Shown here one piece after another: positions 52,623 to 62,478 of a stretch of 64,000 nucleotides of DNA (its first letter is position 1; each line of letters starts with the position of its first letter). The stretch lies in the sequence record OM386665.1. One strand, written 5' to 3'. Source of the stretch: Escherichia phage vB_EcoM_ESCO56. The translations under genes were made by a program, and so were the position numbers. Under the pieces are notes generated by a model. It searched no databases and had not been told where the DNA came from. It saw nothing but the letters and a program-made list of their open reading frames with translations.

Positions 52623-53045
52623 TTATTTCTCTCTCAGTTGGTTAAGTTTCTTTCTAGAACATTTTAAGTTTTCGGATGAAGAAAAGTCAAGTGTCTTTTC
52701 AGAACGTGGATAATAGTGCCTATCCCAAGAAGTTTCAACATCGTTAATCAGTGACGCTAGATTACACAGGTCTGTACCACTTTGCAACCTCTTTTTAAGA
52801 GAATCTAGTAAAGCAACTGTGTCTTTAGCTTTACGTCTTGCTGTAGCAACATCTTTCATATGCTCAAATACAGAGCATTTTAAGTCATCTTCATAGTTTT
52901 CAGACAACTCTATTTCATGTTGTATATCAACCATTCTCCTGTGATGGTGAGCATATTCCCGTTGAGCAGCAATGTCAAGTTCTTCCAACTTCTGCAAAGC
53001 TCTAACAAAGTCAGCTATGTCTGGGTGAACAAACATTTTCTGCAT
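52623..53045 (-). CDS. hypothetical protein
   Basis: 140 aa ORF. Confidence 0.55.
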   Translation of the reverse strand: MQKMFVHPDIADFVRALQKLEELDIAAQREYAHHHRRMVDIQHEIELSENYEDDLKCSVFEHMKDVATARRKAKDTVALLDSLKKRLQSGTDLCNLASLINDVETSWDRHYYPRSEKTLDFSSSENLKCSRKKLNQLREK

Positions 53046-53302
53046 GTAAGCCTCTTTTAAGTAACTATTAAGTTTTAATCTTTTATCTTAACGTATTCTA
53101 TACGTTATACTTTAAAGCTTTTTAAAAGCTATTAAATAATCTTTTAAGAGTTTTAAAGTATCTGTATAGTTAAACTGTTAAGTAACCTTTTAAGTAAAAA
53201 CCCACTTCGCAAAGATTAACACCTTGTCAAGTACATTGTCAACTTGCTTTTTATAATTTTTTGCAGTAATGTATGAGGTTAATGATTGTAGAGGGAGTAA
53301 AA

Positions 53303-56002
53303 ATGGAAAACGTAGATTTTAAAAACTTACATTTAGTTGGCGATACAGAAACTGATGGTTTGCTCCTTGAGTTCACTAAAGTGCACGTAATGGCTTTCGC
53401 AGACTATAAATCTGACGATGAAGAGCCACCTGTATGGGTCTTTACAGATGAGCCTATCCTCGGTCACAAGTACACTAAGTACCTTAAGGGTGGTTTACGT
53501 GAAGGTGTTGAGTTTGCGTTAAAGGCAAAACGTCTTTGCATCCATAACGGTCTAGGTTATGACTGGTGGGTTTTCAATCACATTGCACCTGATTTATGGA
53601 ACTTTGATAATCCAAAGTGTAAACCGTGGAGTAATTTCTTTCAGGATTCTCTCATCCAGTCTCGTGTTCAGTGGATGGATAGGCCAACTCCAAAGGGTTA
53701 TAAAGGTGCTCATGGCTTGGCTGCATGGGGTGCTCGTGTTGGTGTTCGTAAACCAGAGATTGAACATTGGGGTGTGTGGAATGCAGAAATCTTCACTCGT
53801 GTTGTAGATGATATCCGTATTAACGCCAAAACTAAACGGGCACTTGATAACGAGTATCTCAAGCTTAAGAAGTGTGGCATAGACACTTATGAAACCTACA
53901 TGCGAGCTAAAGAAACATCTTTCTGGATGAGTCAACAAGCTATCAATGGTTGGAAAGCTGATAAAGAGCTTATGGAGTTCCATGTGAAGGAACTTGACAA
54001 GTTGACTAATGAGCTTGCTTCAGAGGTTGAACCACATCTTCCTCCAACTATTAAGACCAAAGGTAAAGTCACTGGAGAAGAGTTTGCAAAAGCTTGGAAT
54101 GAGTATGTTGAAACATTTGGTCATGCAGATGGACTGAAGAGAATTACCAAGTACCCTAAGACAAAGTATCGTCAGCAGGTACGTAATGGTGAGATGCAGA
54201 CTTATGAAATCAAACCATTTGGTAAGCCAACTACAAAGATTTTTAACATTGAAAAGAGAAATTGCTATACACCAACCAACACTGTAACTGGTGAAGAGTA
54301 CAAGGAAGGTTTTGTAGCAATGAAGGATGCTCGTGCAATTTGCAATGAGTTGAATGCAAAGATTGGTAAGAAGTGCAAAGACTGGAAGCCAGTAAAAACA
54401 GTCAAAACTGTGAAGTATTATAACAGCCACGTTGTTAACCACTTTGAACTTGAGTCAAGTCGCTACACAGGTTTGATTGATGCACCATATACACCAATTG
54501 AGTTTGAAGTTTCTCGTATGACTCAGGTAGCAGTTGTTAAAGACTACTTGAAATCAGTTGGTTGGATTCCAGATGACTGGAACTACAAGAAAGACTCAGA
54601 TGGTCGCCCTGTCAAAGTTTGTCGTTTCAAAGACAATAAAAAGATGATTACAAAGCATCCTAAGTGGCAGGAAATGGTTGAGCGGTGTGGTTTGAGTTAT
54701 GTTGAACATGAAGGTGTCCAGTACATTGAGCATAACTGGTCTGTGAAGAAATACACAGATTTGCTTGAGCCTTGCTTAATCCGTACTTCACCAAAACTTA
54801 CTGAATCATCTTATGATACGATTGAAGGTGAACTTGGACAGAAGATTGCTAAATACTATACTTTGATGCACCGACGCAGAACTATTGAGAACTCAAAGGA
54901 TGATGAAAAAGGTTGGTTGAACCAGATTCGTCCTGATGGTCGCCTTAGTGCTGGTGCAATGGTGTTTGGTACTTCAACTGGACGTATGACACAATATGGT
55001 ATTGTAAACGTACCGTCTGGTGCTGCTGTCTATGGAGCGCCTATGAGGGAAGTGTGGACTTGTGAAGATGGTACAGATATCATCTCCGTAGACCAAAACT
55101 CAGCCCAGCTAGTTCTTCTTTGTAACTTTATGGGTGATGAAGACTTCACTAAAGCGGTAACTGAGGGTAAAGAGTCAGTAGAGTTCACTAAGCAAGATGA
55201 TGGCAGATACTACTGTAAGCATCTTGACAAGTATCTTAACCCAGAAACTGACAAGTATCTTCGTTATGATGCTGAGAACGACCTCTATGAAGTCTACACA
55301 GGGACTGATGCGCATACACTGAACAGTATTTACTTTGGTCTGAACAAGGAAGAAGATATTGTTCGTTGTAGGGAGACACAGGATGAGGAACTTCTTCACG
55401 AGATTACAAAAGGTCGTAAGAAGAGCAAAAATGGCATCTACGCCCTGTTATTTGGAGCCGGAGACGAGAAGTTTGCAAAAACTATCAAGGCATCATCTAC
55501 GGAAGAAGGTGCATTGACTAAACAAACTTACTTTGTGCGTCTACCTAAGATTAAAAAGCTGCTCGATAGACTAGAGGAAGACTTCAAAGCAACTAAGAAA
55601 GCACTTGAAGAGGTTTTTGGAAAAACTTCTGCAATTGCCAAAGGTGGTTATATCAAAGTTGCTGGAGCGTGGTTATGGTGTAAATCTCCACATAAGTTAT
55701 TAAATTTCACACTTATGGGCAGTGAGGCGCAGGTGCAGAATGAGGGTATTAACTTGGCTAACAGAGAGTTAACAGAGCGCAAGCTTACAGTCCTAAATGG
55801 TCGGAAACCAGCTATTGGTGCTAGATGGGTCTGTAGTTACCACGACGAAGTTTCTTTAGAGGTTCCAACAAAAGATGTACCAGATGTTAAGGAGATTATT
55901 GATAGAATGTATGGTCAAGCATCAAAAAATCTTGGATTAAAGAGTAAGACGCTTGTTACAGGCACTGGTAAGGTAGGTAAGACATGGTACGCCGTACACT
56001 AA
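53303..56002 (+). CDS. DNA polymerase, family A, with 3'-5' exonuclease domain
   Basis: Track ORF 53273..56002 trimmed to ATG at 53303 (GAGGGAG RBS); Exo I motif LVGDTETDGL; polymerase motif C VCSYHDEVSLEV. Confidence 0.9.
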   Translation: MENVDFKNLHLVGDTETDGLLLEFTKVHVMAFADYKSDDEEPPVWVFTDEPILGHKYTKYLKGGLREGVEFALKAKRLCIHNGLGYDWWVFNHIAPDLWNFDNPKCKPWSNFFQDSLIQSRVQWMDRPTPKGYKGAHGLAAWGARVGVRKPEIEHWGVWNAEIFTRVVDDIRINAKTKRALDNEYLKLKKCGIDTYETYMRAKETSFWMSQQAINGWKADKELMEFHVKELDKLTNELASEVEPHLPPTIKTKGKVTGEEFAKAWNEYVETFGHADGLKRITKYPKTKYRQQVRNGEMQTYEIKPFGKPTTKIFNIEKRNCYTPTNTVTGEEYKEGFVAMKDARAICNELNAKIGKKCKDWKPVKTVKTVKYYNSHVVNHFELESSRYTGLIDAPYTPIEFEVSRMTQVAVVKDYLKSVGWIPDDWNYKKDSDGRPVKVCRFKDNKKMITKHPKWQEMVERCGLSYVEHEGVQYIEHNWSVKKYTDLLEPCLIRTSPKLTESSYDTIEGELGQKIAKYYTLMHRRRTIENSKDDEKGWLNQIRPDGRLSAGAMVFGTSTGRMTQYGIVNVPSGAAVYGAPMREVWTCEDGTDIISVDQNSAQLVLLCNFMGDEDFTKAVTEGKESVEFTKQDDGRYYCKHLDKYLNPETDKYLRYDAENDLYEVYTGTDAHTLNSIYFGLNKEEDIVRCRETQDEELLHEITKGRKKSKNGIYALLFGAGDEKFAKTIKASSTEEGALTKQTYFVRLPKIKKLLDRLEEDFKATKKALEEVFGKTSAIAKGGYIKVAGAWLWCKSPHKLLNFTLMGSEAQVQNEGINLANRELTERKLTVLNGRKPAIGARWVCSYHDEVSLEVPTKDVPDVKEIIDRMYGQASKNLGLKSKTLVTGTGKVGKTWYAVH

Positions 56003-56487
56003 CACTTCAAGATTACAAGGATAATTTTATTTACGACCCCGACAAAGGGGTCTTCTACAACAAGTATGACAGGAATAGGCAAGCTAAAGCTGGTCAGGTT
56101 GCCGGAGGAAGTGATGCTTATGGTTACAGGGTACTTAAATTCAAAGGTGTTGTAATAAAAGTACATCACCTTGTTTGGTGGTTTGAGCATGGTTACAAAC
56201 CTACTAAGATGATAGACCACATTGATGGTAATAGGAGTAATAACCACATTTCTAATCTTAGAGAGGCCGATAAATATGGAAACGCTCAAAACAGAGTAAA
56301 GCAGACGACTAACAAATCAGGTTACAAGGGTGTATATTACTTTAAAGACTGCAATAAGTGGAGGGCAGCTATAACATGCAGAGGTAAAAGGACATCACTT
56401 GGTTTATTTGACACACCTGAAGAAGCCCATAAAGCTTACTGTGAAGCTGCTGTAAAACTCCACGGAGAGTTTGCAAAACTAAGTTGA
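55984..56487 (+). CDS. HNH homing endonuclease with AP2-like DNA-binding domain
   Basis: 167 aa; HHLVWWFEHGY...IDHIDGNRSNNHISNLR (HNH) and YKGVYYFKDCNKWRAAITCRGKRTSLGLFDTPEEAHKAY (AP2-type); overlaps the last 19 nt of the polymerase gene. Confidence 0.8.
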   Translation: MVRRTLTLQDYKDNFIYDPDKGVFYNKYDRNRQAKAGQVAGGSDAYGYRVLKFKGVVIKVHHLVWWFEHGYKPTKMIDHIDGNRSNNHISNLREADKYGNAQNRVKQTTNKSGYKGVYYFKDCNKWRAAITCRGKRTSLGLFDTPEEAHKAYCEAAVKLHGEFAKLS

Positions 56488-56538
56488 CAAGGTGCTCAGG
56501 GAAGAGTACCTTATACTATATCTTATATAGGAGGGCTT

Positions 56539-56757
56539 ATGACACTTTCAGAGATTGAAGTTCAGTTGCAATGTGCTGGTTATTCTCAAAAAGAGATTGA
56601 AGGGATGTTTATTGTTCTTTGCAGTGGTTCCAGAAATTTGAAGGTAAGTCCTGAATTTCTGCGTAGAGTAGATATCTTTATTGCTGGAGGCAAAATTGCA
56701 AAAGACAAGACAGGGTACTTAAAAGGTGAGCGTGTAAATATTGAGAGTTTACTATGA
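56539..56757 (+). CDS. hypothetical protein, paralog A
   Basis: 72 aa; shares C-terminal motif GKIAKDKTGYLKGERVNIESL with ORF 56945..57178. Confidence 0.55.
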   Translation: MTLSEIEVQLQCAGYSQKEIEGMFIVLCSGSRNLKVSPEFLRRVDIFIAGGKIAKDKTGYLKGERVNIESLL

Positions 56758-56963
56758 GCCACCGTGGAAGAACCCATGCAGCGATGATGAAAGGTGCTTC
56801 AAAGGAAACTATCAAGAACCGTAAGCAGAAGTTGTTTGAGAGAATGAACAGGTTAATTGGCAATTCATCTCTTTCAGGTTCTGAGAAGGTTTTCTTGAAA
56901 GGTAATCTGAAAAGCATTGCACAAGAACTTATTGACATTGAGTATTGGAGACATCAAAAATGA
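56754..56963 (+). CDS. hypothetical basic protein
   Basis: 69 aa ORF between the two paralogs. Confidence 0.45.
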   Translation: MSHRGRTHAAMMKGASKETIKNRKQKLFERMNRLIGNSSLSGSEKVFLKGNLKSIAQELIDIEYWRHQK

Positions 56964-57178
56964 CACTTGCAGATGTTATTCAGCAACTTCACGACAATTG
57001 CTATACTCAAGAGATGATTCAGGAGATACCCATTGTAGTGATGCCTAGTAAGTTCGTAAAAACTTTTAATGGTGACTCTTTAAGGGCTGCACATATCCTT
57101 ATTGTTGACGGCAAGATTGCAAGAGACCGTACAGGAGTCCTTAAGGGCGAACGTATTAATATTGACTTATCCTTTTAA
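56945..57178 (+). CDS. hypothetical protein, paralog B
   Basis: 77 aa; C-terminal GKIARDRTGVLKGERINIDLSF. Confidence 0.55.
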   Translation: METSKMTLADVIQQLHDNCYTQEMIQEIPIVVMPSKFVKTFNGDSLRAAHILIVDGKIARDRTGVLKGERINIDLSF

Positions 57179-57187
57179 GGGAAAACG

Positions 57188-57394
57188 ATGGAAGTCCTAG
57201 TAAACTATACCTATCGTTATGATGTTGTTCACTCCACTACAACCGTAGCTCAACGTAATCCAATCGTCCCACGAGAAGGTGAGTTTGTTCGCATTGAGGG
57301 TTGGACTTACACTGTGGAAAGCATCATTCACAAGTTTGATGTTGCTGGTGATGTTCAAGTTATCGACGTAGAGATTGGTGGTAAGAGAAAATGA
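57188..57394 (+). CDS. hypothetical protein
   Basis: 68 aa ORF. Confidence 0.45.
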   Translation: MEVLVNYTYRYDVVHSTTTVAQRNPIVPREGEFVRIEGWTYTVESIIHKFDVAGDVQVIDVEIGGKRK

Positions 57395-58491
57395 CAACAC
57401 TGTACAAACAAAATAAAGATGGCTCTTTCAACGTCTGGTCATGCGTTGCTGTAGGTGACAAAGTTATTACAACCTACGGTAAAGAAAATGGCAAGATGAT
57501 GTTTGAAGAGTACACAGCAGAACCTAAAAACATCGGTAAAAAGAATGAGCGTAACGCTGAACAGCAAGCTCTCTTTGAAGTTGCTGCTAAGTATAAAAAG
57601 CAAGTTGACCGCAAAGGTTACGCTTACACAAAAGAGTCTGCACAGAATACTGAGAAGGTAGGTGTACAGCTTGCTCATGATGCTGCAAAGGTTAGCCATG
57701 CAAAGTATCTGAAGTTCCCTGCTGATGCTCAACCAAAACTTGATGGTGTACGTTGTAGAATTTCAAGAGATGCTGATTCAGTTAGCTTCACAGCTTATTC
57801 TCGTGAGAATACTGTTTACAACGTTCCAGCAGAACTAATCCCAGATTTGCTTTTGTTGCTTAAATTACATCCACAAGTTGAAGACTTTGATGGAGAGATT
57901 TATGCTCATGGTTGGGACTTAGAAGATATTGTGTCTATGATTAAGAATGCTGACAATCCAGACCGTCACCTTCTTAAATTCTACTGGTATGATATCTGTG
58001 ACAATTCAAAATCTTGGCCTGAGCGTCGTGAAGTTATTGATAACTCACCCATTGTTGAACTTGGGGATACCTGTAGAGTTGTTCCTGTACAGACTGTCCG
58101 TGTAAATTCTTGGGAAGAGTTTGATGAAGCTCATGATAAGTGGGTTGAAGCTAAGTTTGAAGGTGCAATGTACCGTTCAATCTCTGAAGACTCCTTCTAT
58201 GAGTGTTGTCACCGTTCATACTTCTTGATTAAGCACAAGAAGATGCACACTGAAGAGTTTAAAGTGACTGGTGTCAAGACCGATAAGCGTGGTCATGGTA
58301 AGTTCGTTGTAGAGACTCTTCCTAACGTCTTTGTAGATGTCTCATGGAAGACTACTCATGAGAAGAAACAGTATCTTGCTGAGCATCCTGAAGAGTTTAT
58401 CGGGAAGCCTTTAACGGTACAGTTTCAGAAGATGACTCGTAAGGGGTCTTTACAGTTCCCTGTTGGGCTAGTTATTCGAGATTATGAATAA
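57391..58491 (+). CDS. ATP-dependent DNA ligase
   Basis: 366 aa; motif I KLDGVRC, motif III FDGEIYAHG, motif IV EGAMYRS, motif V LIKHKK. Confidence 0.8.
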   Translation: MTTLYKQNKDGSFNVWSCVAVGDKVITTYGKENGKMMFEEYTAEPKNIGKKNERNAEQQALFEVAAKYKKQVDRKGYAYTKESAQNTEKVGVQLAHDAAKVSHAKYLKFPADAQPKLDGVRCRISRDADSVSFTAYSRENTVYNVPAELIPDLLLLLKLHPQVEDFDGEIYAHGWDLEDIVSMIKNADNPDRHLLKFYWYDICDNSKSWPERREVIDNSPIVELGDTCRVVPVQTVRVNSWEEFDEAHDKWVEAKFEGAMYRSISEDSFYECCHRSYFLIKHKKMHTEEFKVTGVKTDKRGHGKFVVETLPNVFVDVSWKTTHEKKQYLAEHPEEFIGKPLTVQFQKMTRKGSLQFPVGLVIRDYE

Positions 58492-58498
58492 AAAGTTG

Positions 58499-58526
58499 TT
58501 GACATAGAAAATTTGGTGAGTATACT
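58499..58526 (+). promoter_or_regulatory. sigma70-type promoter (TTGACA-N16-TATACT)
   Basis: -35 at 58499-58504, -10 at 58521-58526; nearly 350 nt of ORF-free sequence follow. Confidence 0.6.
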
Positions 58527-58532
58527 GAGCAG

Positions 58533-58700
58533 CATAAACCAACGGGTACTCACCAGCATCACTTAAGAGTCTTTTAAAAGGGTTTTTAAGTGATGTATGG
58601 TCATGCACGGTTTGGCCTGGTGTGGTAAGGCGCGGCTCGGCGAGGTGCGGTGAAGTATGGGTAGTCAGTCTCAGCTACATTAAAATGAGACTCACCTTTT
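58533..58700 (+). ncRNA. candidate sRNA (module copy A) carrying a period-5 GG tract and ending in a hairpin plus T-run
   Basis: Downstream of promoter 58499-58526; GG tract 58609-58664; GTCTCA-12 nt-TGAGAC hairpin then TCACCTTTTT at 58665-58700. Ends are inferred. Confidence 0.35.
58609..58664 (+). repeat. period-5 GG-phased tract, copy A
   Basis: ggttt ggcct ggtgt ggtaa ggcgc ggctc ggcga ggtgc ggtga agtat gggta. Confidence 0.85.
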
Positions 58701-58728
58701 TAAAAGGTCTTTAAGAGGGTCTTTTAAT

Positions 58729-58793
58729 AAGGTAAGGTAGGGCAAGGTGAGGTCAGGTCAGGTACGGTAAGGTAAAGCATGGGTGGATGGTAG
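58729..58793 (+). repeat. period-5 GG-phased tract, copy B, with flanking conserved module
   Basis: aaggt aaggt agggc aaggt gaggt caggt caggt acggt aaggt...; preceded by AAAAGGTCTTTAAGAGGGTCTTTTAATAAGG and followed by hairpin GGTAG-16 nt-CTACC (58789-58814). Confidence 0.85.
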
Positions 58794-58872
58794 TAGCCAC
58801 ATTAAAAATCTACCAAGTTTCTAAAGAGTCTTCTGTTGAGGGTTCTTTACAAACAACTTAACAATAAACTAA

Positions 58873-59478
<606 letters not shown>

Positions 59479-59480
59479 TT

Positions 59481-59921
59481 ATGAATACAAAAGCATTAGC
59501 AGCAAAGTTTAGTTACGGCGACACTGTATCACATTCTGAGATGGACACCTTCTTAGGTATTGTGAAGCCAACTTATCAAGGCGACATTGTTAAGTACGAA
59601 GATGAAATGAAGGCTTATGCACTTACACGTCTAAACCGACTTGAGAAGTTTATTGAGAAGCTTCTTAAAGAAGAGAAGATTTATCTGGTTGCTTCAATGG
59701 GTGTTGGTTATCGTGTGGTTGAACCTAAACATCAAGCAAATATTGCAAAACGTAAAATGTCTGGTAAGATTGGTCGTGCTTTAAAACAAGCCACTCAAGC
59801 AATTGAGAATGTGAACACTATGGCACTTAGCCATCAAGAACGTTCACGACTGATTGAACAGCAAAACCATTTAGCTGCTATGAAGGCTAACATTAACAAG
59901 CAACGCAGAAAACCTTTCTAA
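59481..59921 (+). CDS. hypothetical protein
   Basis: 146 aa ORF immediately after the preceding gene. Confidence 0.55.
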   Translation: MNTKALAAKFSYGDTVSHSEMDTFLGIVKPTYQGDIVKYEDEMKAYALTRLNRLEKFIEKLLKEEKIYLVASMGVGYRVVEPKHQANIAKRKMSGKIGRALKQATQAIENVNTMALSHQERSRLIEQQNHLAAMKANINKQRRKPF

Positions 59922-59932
59922 GTTGACTAGGT

Positions 59933-59955
59933 AGCCTCTTCGGAGGCTCCTTTTT
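59933..59955 (+). terminator. intrinsic terminator
   Basis: AGCCTC-TTCG-GAGGCT hairpin followed by CCTTTTT. Confidence 0.7.
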
Positions 59956-59983
59956 AAAAGGTCTTTAAACAGGGTCTTTTAGT

Positions 59984-60057
59984 AAGGCATGGCTAGGTGA
60001 GGTCTGGTAGGGTAGGGTGAGGTGGGGTTGGGTTGGGTTTGGTATGGAAGGATGGCA
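59984..60057 (+). repeat. period-5 GG-phased tract, copy C (contains a G-quadruplex-type motif)
   Basis: aaggc atggc taggt gaggt ctggt agggt agggt gaggt ggggt tgggt tgggt ttggt; preceded by AAAAGGTCTTTAAACAGGGTCTTTTAGTAAGG, followed by hairpin GGCAG-16 nt-CTGCC (60054-60079). Confidence 0.85.
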
Positions 60058-60171
60058 GTAGCCTTATAAAAAATCTGCCAAATAAGCTATAAAATCTGTT
60101 GACAAGTCAGGTGTTATAGCTTATTTTTATACTCAACGTAATACAAAATTTAATATAACTTTGAGGTCATT

Positions 60172-60555
60172 ATGAAAAAGATTTTATTAGCTACTGCAAT
60201 GGTTATGGCAATGAATTTACCAGTCAATGCAACAGAACTTCCAAATGTGGACTTATCAGGTGTTCCAGAAGACACTTGCCAGATTGTAAAAGGTGTTGCT
60301 TTATACAAAGGTGAGCTACTTAAACCAATCTCTGAAGAATCTTTAACAGAGATGACTGATAAAGTAACTGACTACCAGTATCGTGTTCTTGCAGAGTATT
60401 TCCTGCAATCTGCAAATATTAAAGAGAAACACCATGATGATATTGATGTACAGGCTATGCTCAACCACCGTATCCAGTTTAAAGAAGATTTGATGCAAAA
60501 AGCTATGTATGGTGTTGAGTATTTCTTAGAAAACAGAAGCTGCACAGGTATTTGA
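60172..60555 (+). CDS. hypothetical secreted/periplasmic protein
   Basis: 127 aa; N-terminal signal peptide MKKILLATAMVMAMNLPVNA. Confidence 0.6.
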   Translation: MKKILLATAMVMAMNLPVNATELPNVDLSGVPEDTCQIVKGVALYKGELLKPISEESLTEMTDKVTDYQYRVLAEYFLQSANIKEKHHDDIDVQAMLNHRIQFKEDLMQKAMYGVEYFLENRSCTGI

Positions 60556-60556
60556 T

Positions 60557-60769
60557 ATGGCTCTTAAAAAGTTACATCCCAGAAGCGGTTATGGTAAGAT
60601 AATTGACGATACAGACGGCGTTACAGTCTTTACAGTTATCTGTCAAGATGATTCACAGATTGAAAAGGTTCTTGACGATTATCTTAACGATGAGCGTGAA
60701 AAGGTTAGGGCTACAAACATAGATTCATTGATTGATACTTCACACAAACGGAAGAAGAAAGATGAATGA
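60557..60769 (+). CDS. hypothetical protein
   Basis: 70 aa ORF. Confidence 0.5.
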   Translation: MALKKLHPRSGYGKIIDDTDGVTVFTVICQDDSQIEKVLDDYLNDEREKVRATNIDSLIDTSHKRKKKDE

Positions 60770-61061
60770 GGTTTTCGACCCTTATGCCCCACAAGATGAT
60801 TGGGAGGCTGATAGAGAGGCTGAAATGGAGAGTTATATTTGTCCAATGGATGTAGACGAAATGAGAGACTTCGTTGCACATCGTTTTAAGAGAGAGATTA
60901 AATCCAGAGGTCTTTCTCAAGAACAAGTTGCTAAAATTTGTGGTATCTCTCAGGCTCGTGTGTCCAACATAATCCATCTCACTGGTAACGTCTCCCTTGA
61001 GTATATGTTGGGAGTGTGTGAAAAATTTGGTGTTAATTTCAATTTAAGGTTGGCAGATTAA
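60762..61061 (+). CDS. helix-turn-helix protein (XRE-like, putative transcriptional regulator)
   Basis: Track ORF 60732..61061 trimmed to ATG at 60762 (ATGAATGA overlap with upstream stop); LSQEQVAKICGISQARVSNIIHL is an HTH signature. Confidence 0.55.
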   Translation: MNEVFDPYAPQDDWEADREAEMESYICPMDVDEMRDFVAHRFKREIKSRGLSQEQVAKICGISQARVSNIIHLTGNVSLEYMLGVCEKFGVNFNLRLAD

Positions 61062-61062
61062 T

Positions 61063-61422
61063 ATGAAACGTGAAAACATTATCTACTCTGAAAACTTCGC
61101 ATTAGGCTTTTACGGTGTACCTACTCACCTTGAAAAGTATTATGGTGTAAAGATTCTTTCCAATCTTATTATGGCTTACAAAGATGGTAAGATTAAGCAT
61201 ACTGAGAAGAAACGTGTCATGGGTTATATGGCTGTAGGTTCAGCAATCTCAAATATTAAGTTGGAAACAACTAGCAGTCAGATTGTGAAAGACCACTTCA
61301 TCAAAGAGCTTTACCAGAATCTTGATGGTGTAGATGTTCAGGCTGTTTGGCTGGATGTTGACGGTCATAACTACACAAGTTTTGTTTTCAAAAACGATGA
61401 CATTAAGTGCCTGTTCCCATAA
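61063..61422 (+). CDS. hypothetical protein
   Basis: 119 aa ORF. Confidence 0.55.
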   Translation: MKRENIIYSENFALGFYGVPTHLEKYYGVKILSNLIMAYKDGKIKHTEKKRVMGYMAVGSAISNIKLETTSSQIVKDHFIKELYQNLDGVDVQAVWLDVDGHNYTSFVFKNDDIKCLFP

Positions 61423-61674
61423 TAGGTGATTAGCTATGATTGATGTCTACTTACAAGATGCTCATGCAGATTTCCTTAAAGAGATGCTTAAAAGTTTATT
61501 GCTTCACAGTATGAGAATGAAGCATCTTTTAAAATAGTTACATGTGGCGACGAAGCTGGTTTTGTTATGAGCTTCTTCGACTTCGTTCCTAAGAACTTTG
61601 ATGGTATTCTGGATGAAGAAGATGACTGTGTAGACTTTATATTGGTTCTTGAGCCAGTTTTTGAGGTTAAGTAA

Positions 61675-61935
61675 ATGAAAATTGAACACTGCTATGAGTC
61701 TGATGGAACACCTATCCGATGTCCACATTGCGGGTGTACAGACTTACAAGGTGAGGTAAGTGAAATAGTCAACGGTCATATTGCTGAAGAGAGTACAAGG
61801 TGTACAAGATGTAATGAAATCATTGCTTTCTGGGCTTATGGTTCATACCAACCTACACCACACTTAGTCTACCATAGCAATAAAGCTGTGAAGAATGTTA
61901 TCAACTGGTTCATTAAGAAAGGATTTACAAAATGA
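61675..61935 (+). CDS. hypothetical zinc-ribbon protein
   Basis: 86 aa; CPHCGC ... CTRCNE. Confidence 0.55.
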   Translation: MKIEHCYESDGTPIRCPHCGCTDLQGEVSEIVNGHIAEESTRCTRCNEIIAFWAYGSYQPTPHLVYHSNKAVKNVINWFIKKGFTK

Positions 61936-62477
61936 TTAAATTAATCTTTGCAAGTGGTGAAAATGGGGAGTTTGGTACTCCAACTGGTATGCCGTGGCCT
62001 CGACATAAGCAAGATATGCAAGAGTTTAAGAGACTCACTAAAGACAACTTAGTAGTTATGGGTAATGAGACTTTTAAGACTCTAGGTAGTAAGCCTTTAC
62101 CAGAACGTGAAAATCTTATCTTAACAAACTCTGTGCCATATTTTGGTATAGACTTTGACAAAGACGATGTAATGTATGCTAAGGCTAGTAAAGAGTCCTT
62201 TGGAGCATTTTTGAAGTATCTTGATAGCTCTATTGATGAAGACGTCTTTGTAATTGGTGGTGCAGGTGTTCTTGTCGATGCTTTGCCGTATGCTGATGTA
62301 GTTTTCCATACAGTTTTCCATAAAGTTACTGAAGAGGCCACTGTGTATTTACCTTTTGAAAACTTCTTCGATAAACTGTATGATAGCCGTGTATTTGCAA
62401 AGGTGCAGTCAAGACCTTCAGATGATGGTAAAGCAACCTTTGAGATTTATGTTCCACAAGTAAAAGGACACTTTTGA
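61932..62477 (+). CDS. folA: dihydrofolate reductase
   Basis: 181 aa; N-terminal LIFASGENGEFGTPTGMPW and VVMGNETFKTLG match DHFR; directly upstream of thymidylate synthase. Confidence 0.85.
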   Translation: MIKLIFASGENGEFGTPTGMPWPRHKQDMQEFKRLTKDNLVVMGNETFKTLGSKPLPERENLILTNSVPYFGIDFDKDDVMYAKASKESFGAFLKYLDSSIDEDVFVIGGAGVLVDALPYADVVFHTVFHKVTEEATVYLPFENFFDKLYDSRVFAKVQSRPSDDGKATFEIYVPQVKGHF

Positions 62478-62478
62478 T

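Noticed and set aside
58609-58664. Chi-like sites (GCTGGTGG) in the GG tracts
   Set aside because: Closest matches (GCCTGGTGTGG, GTCTGGTAGGG) each differ from Chi; the conserved property is the 5-nt GG periodicity, not a Chi octamer.
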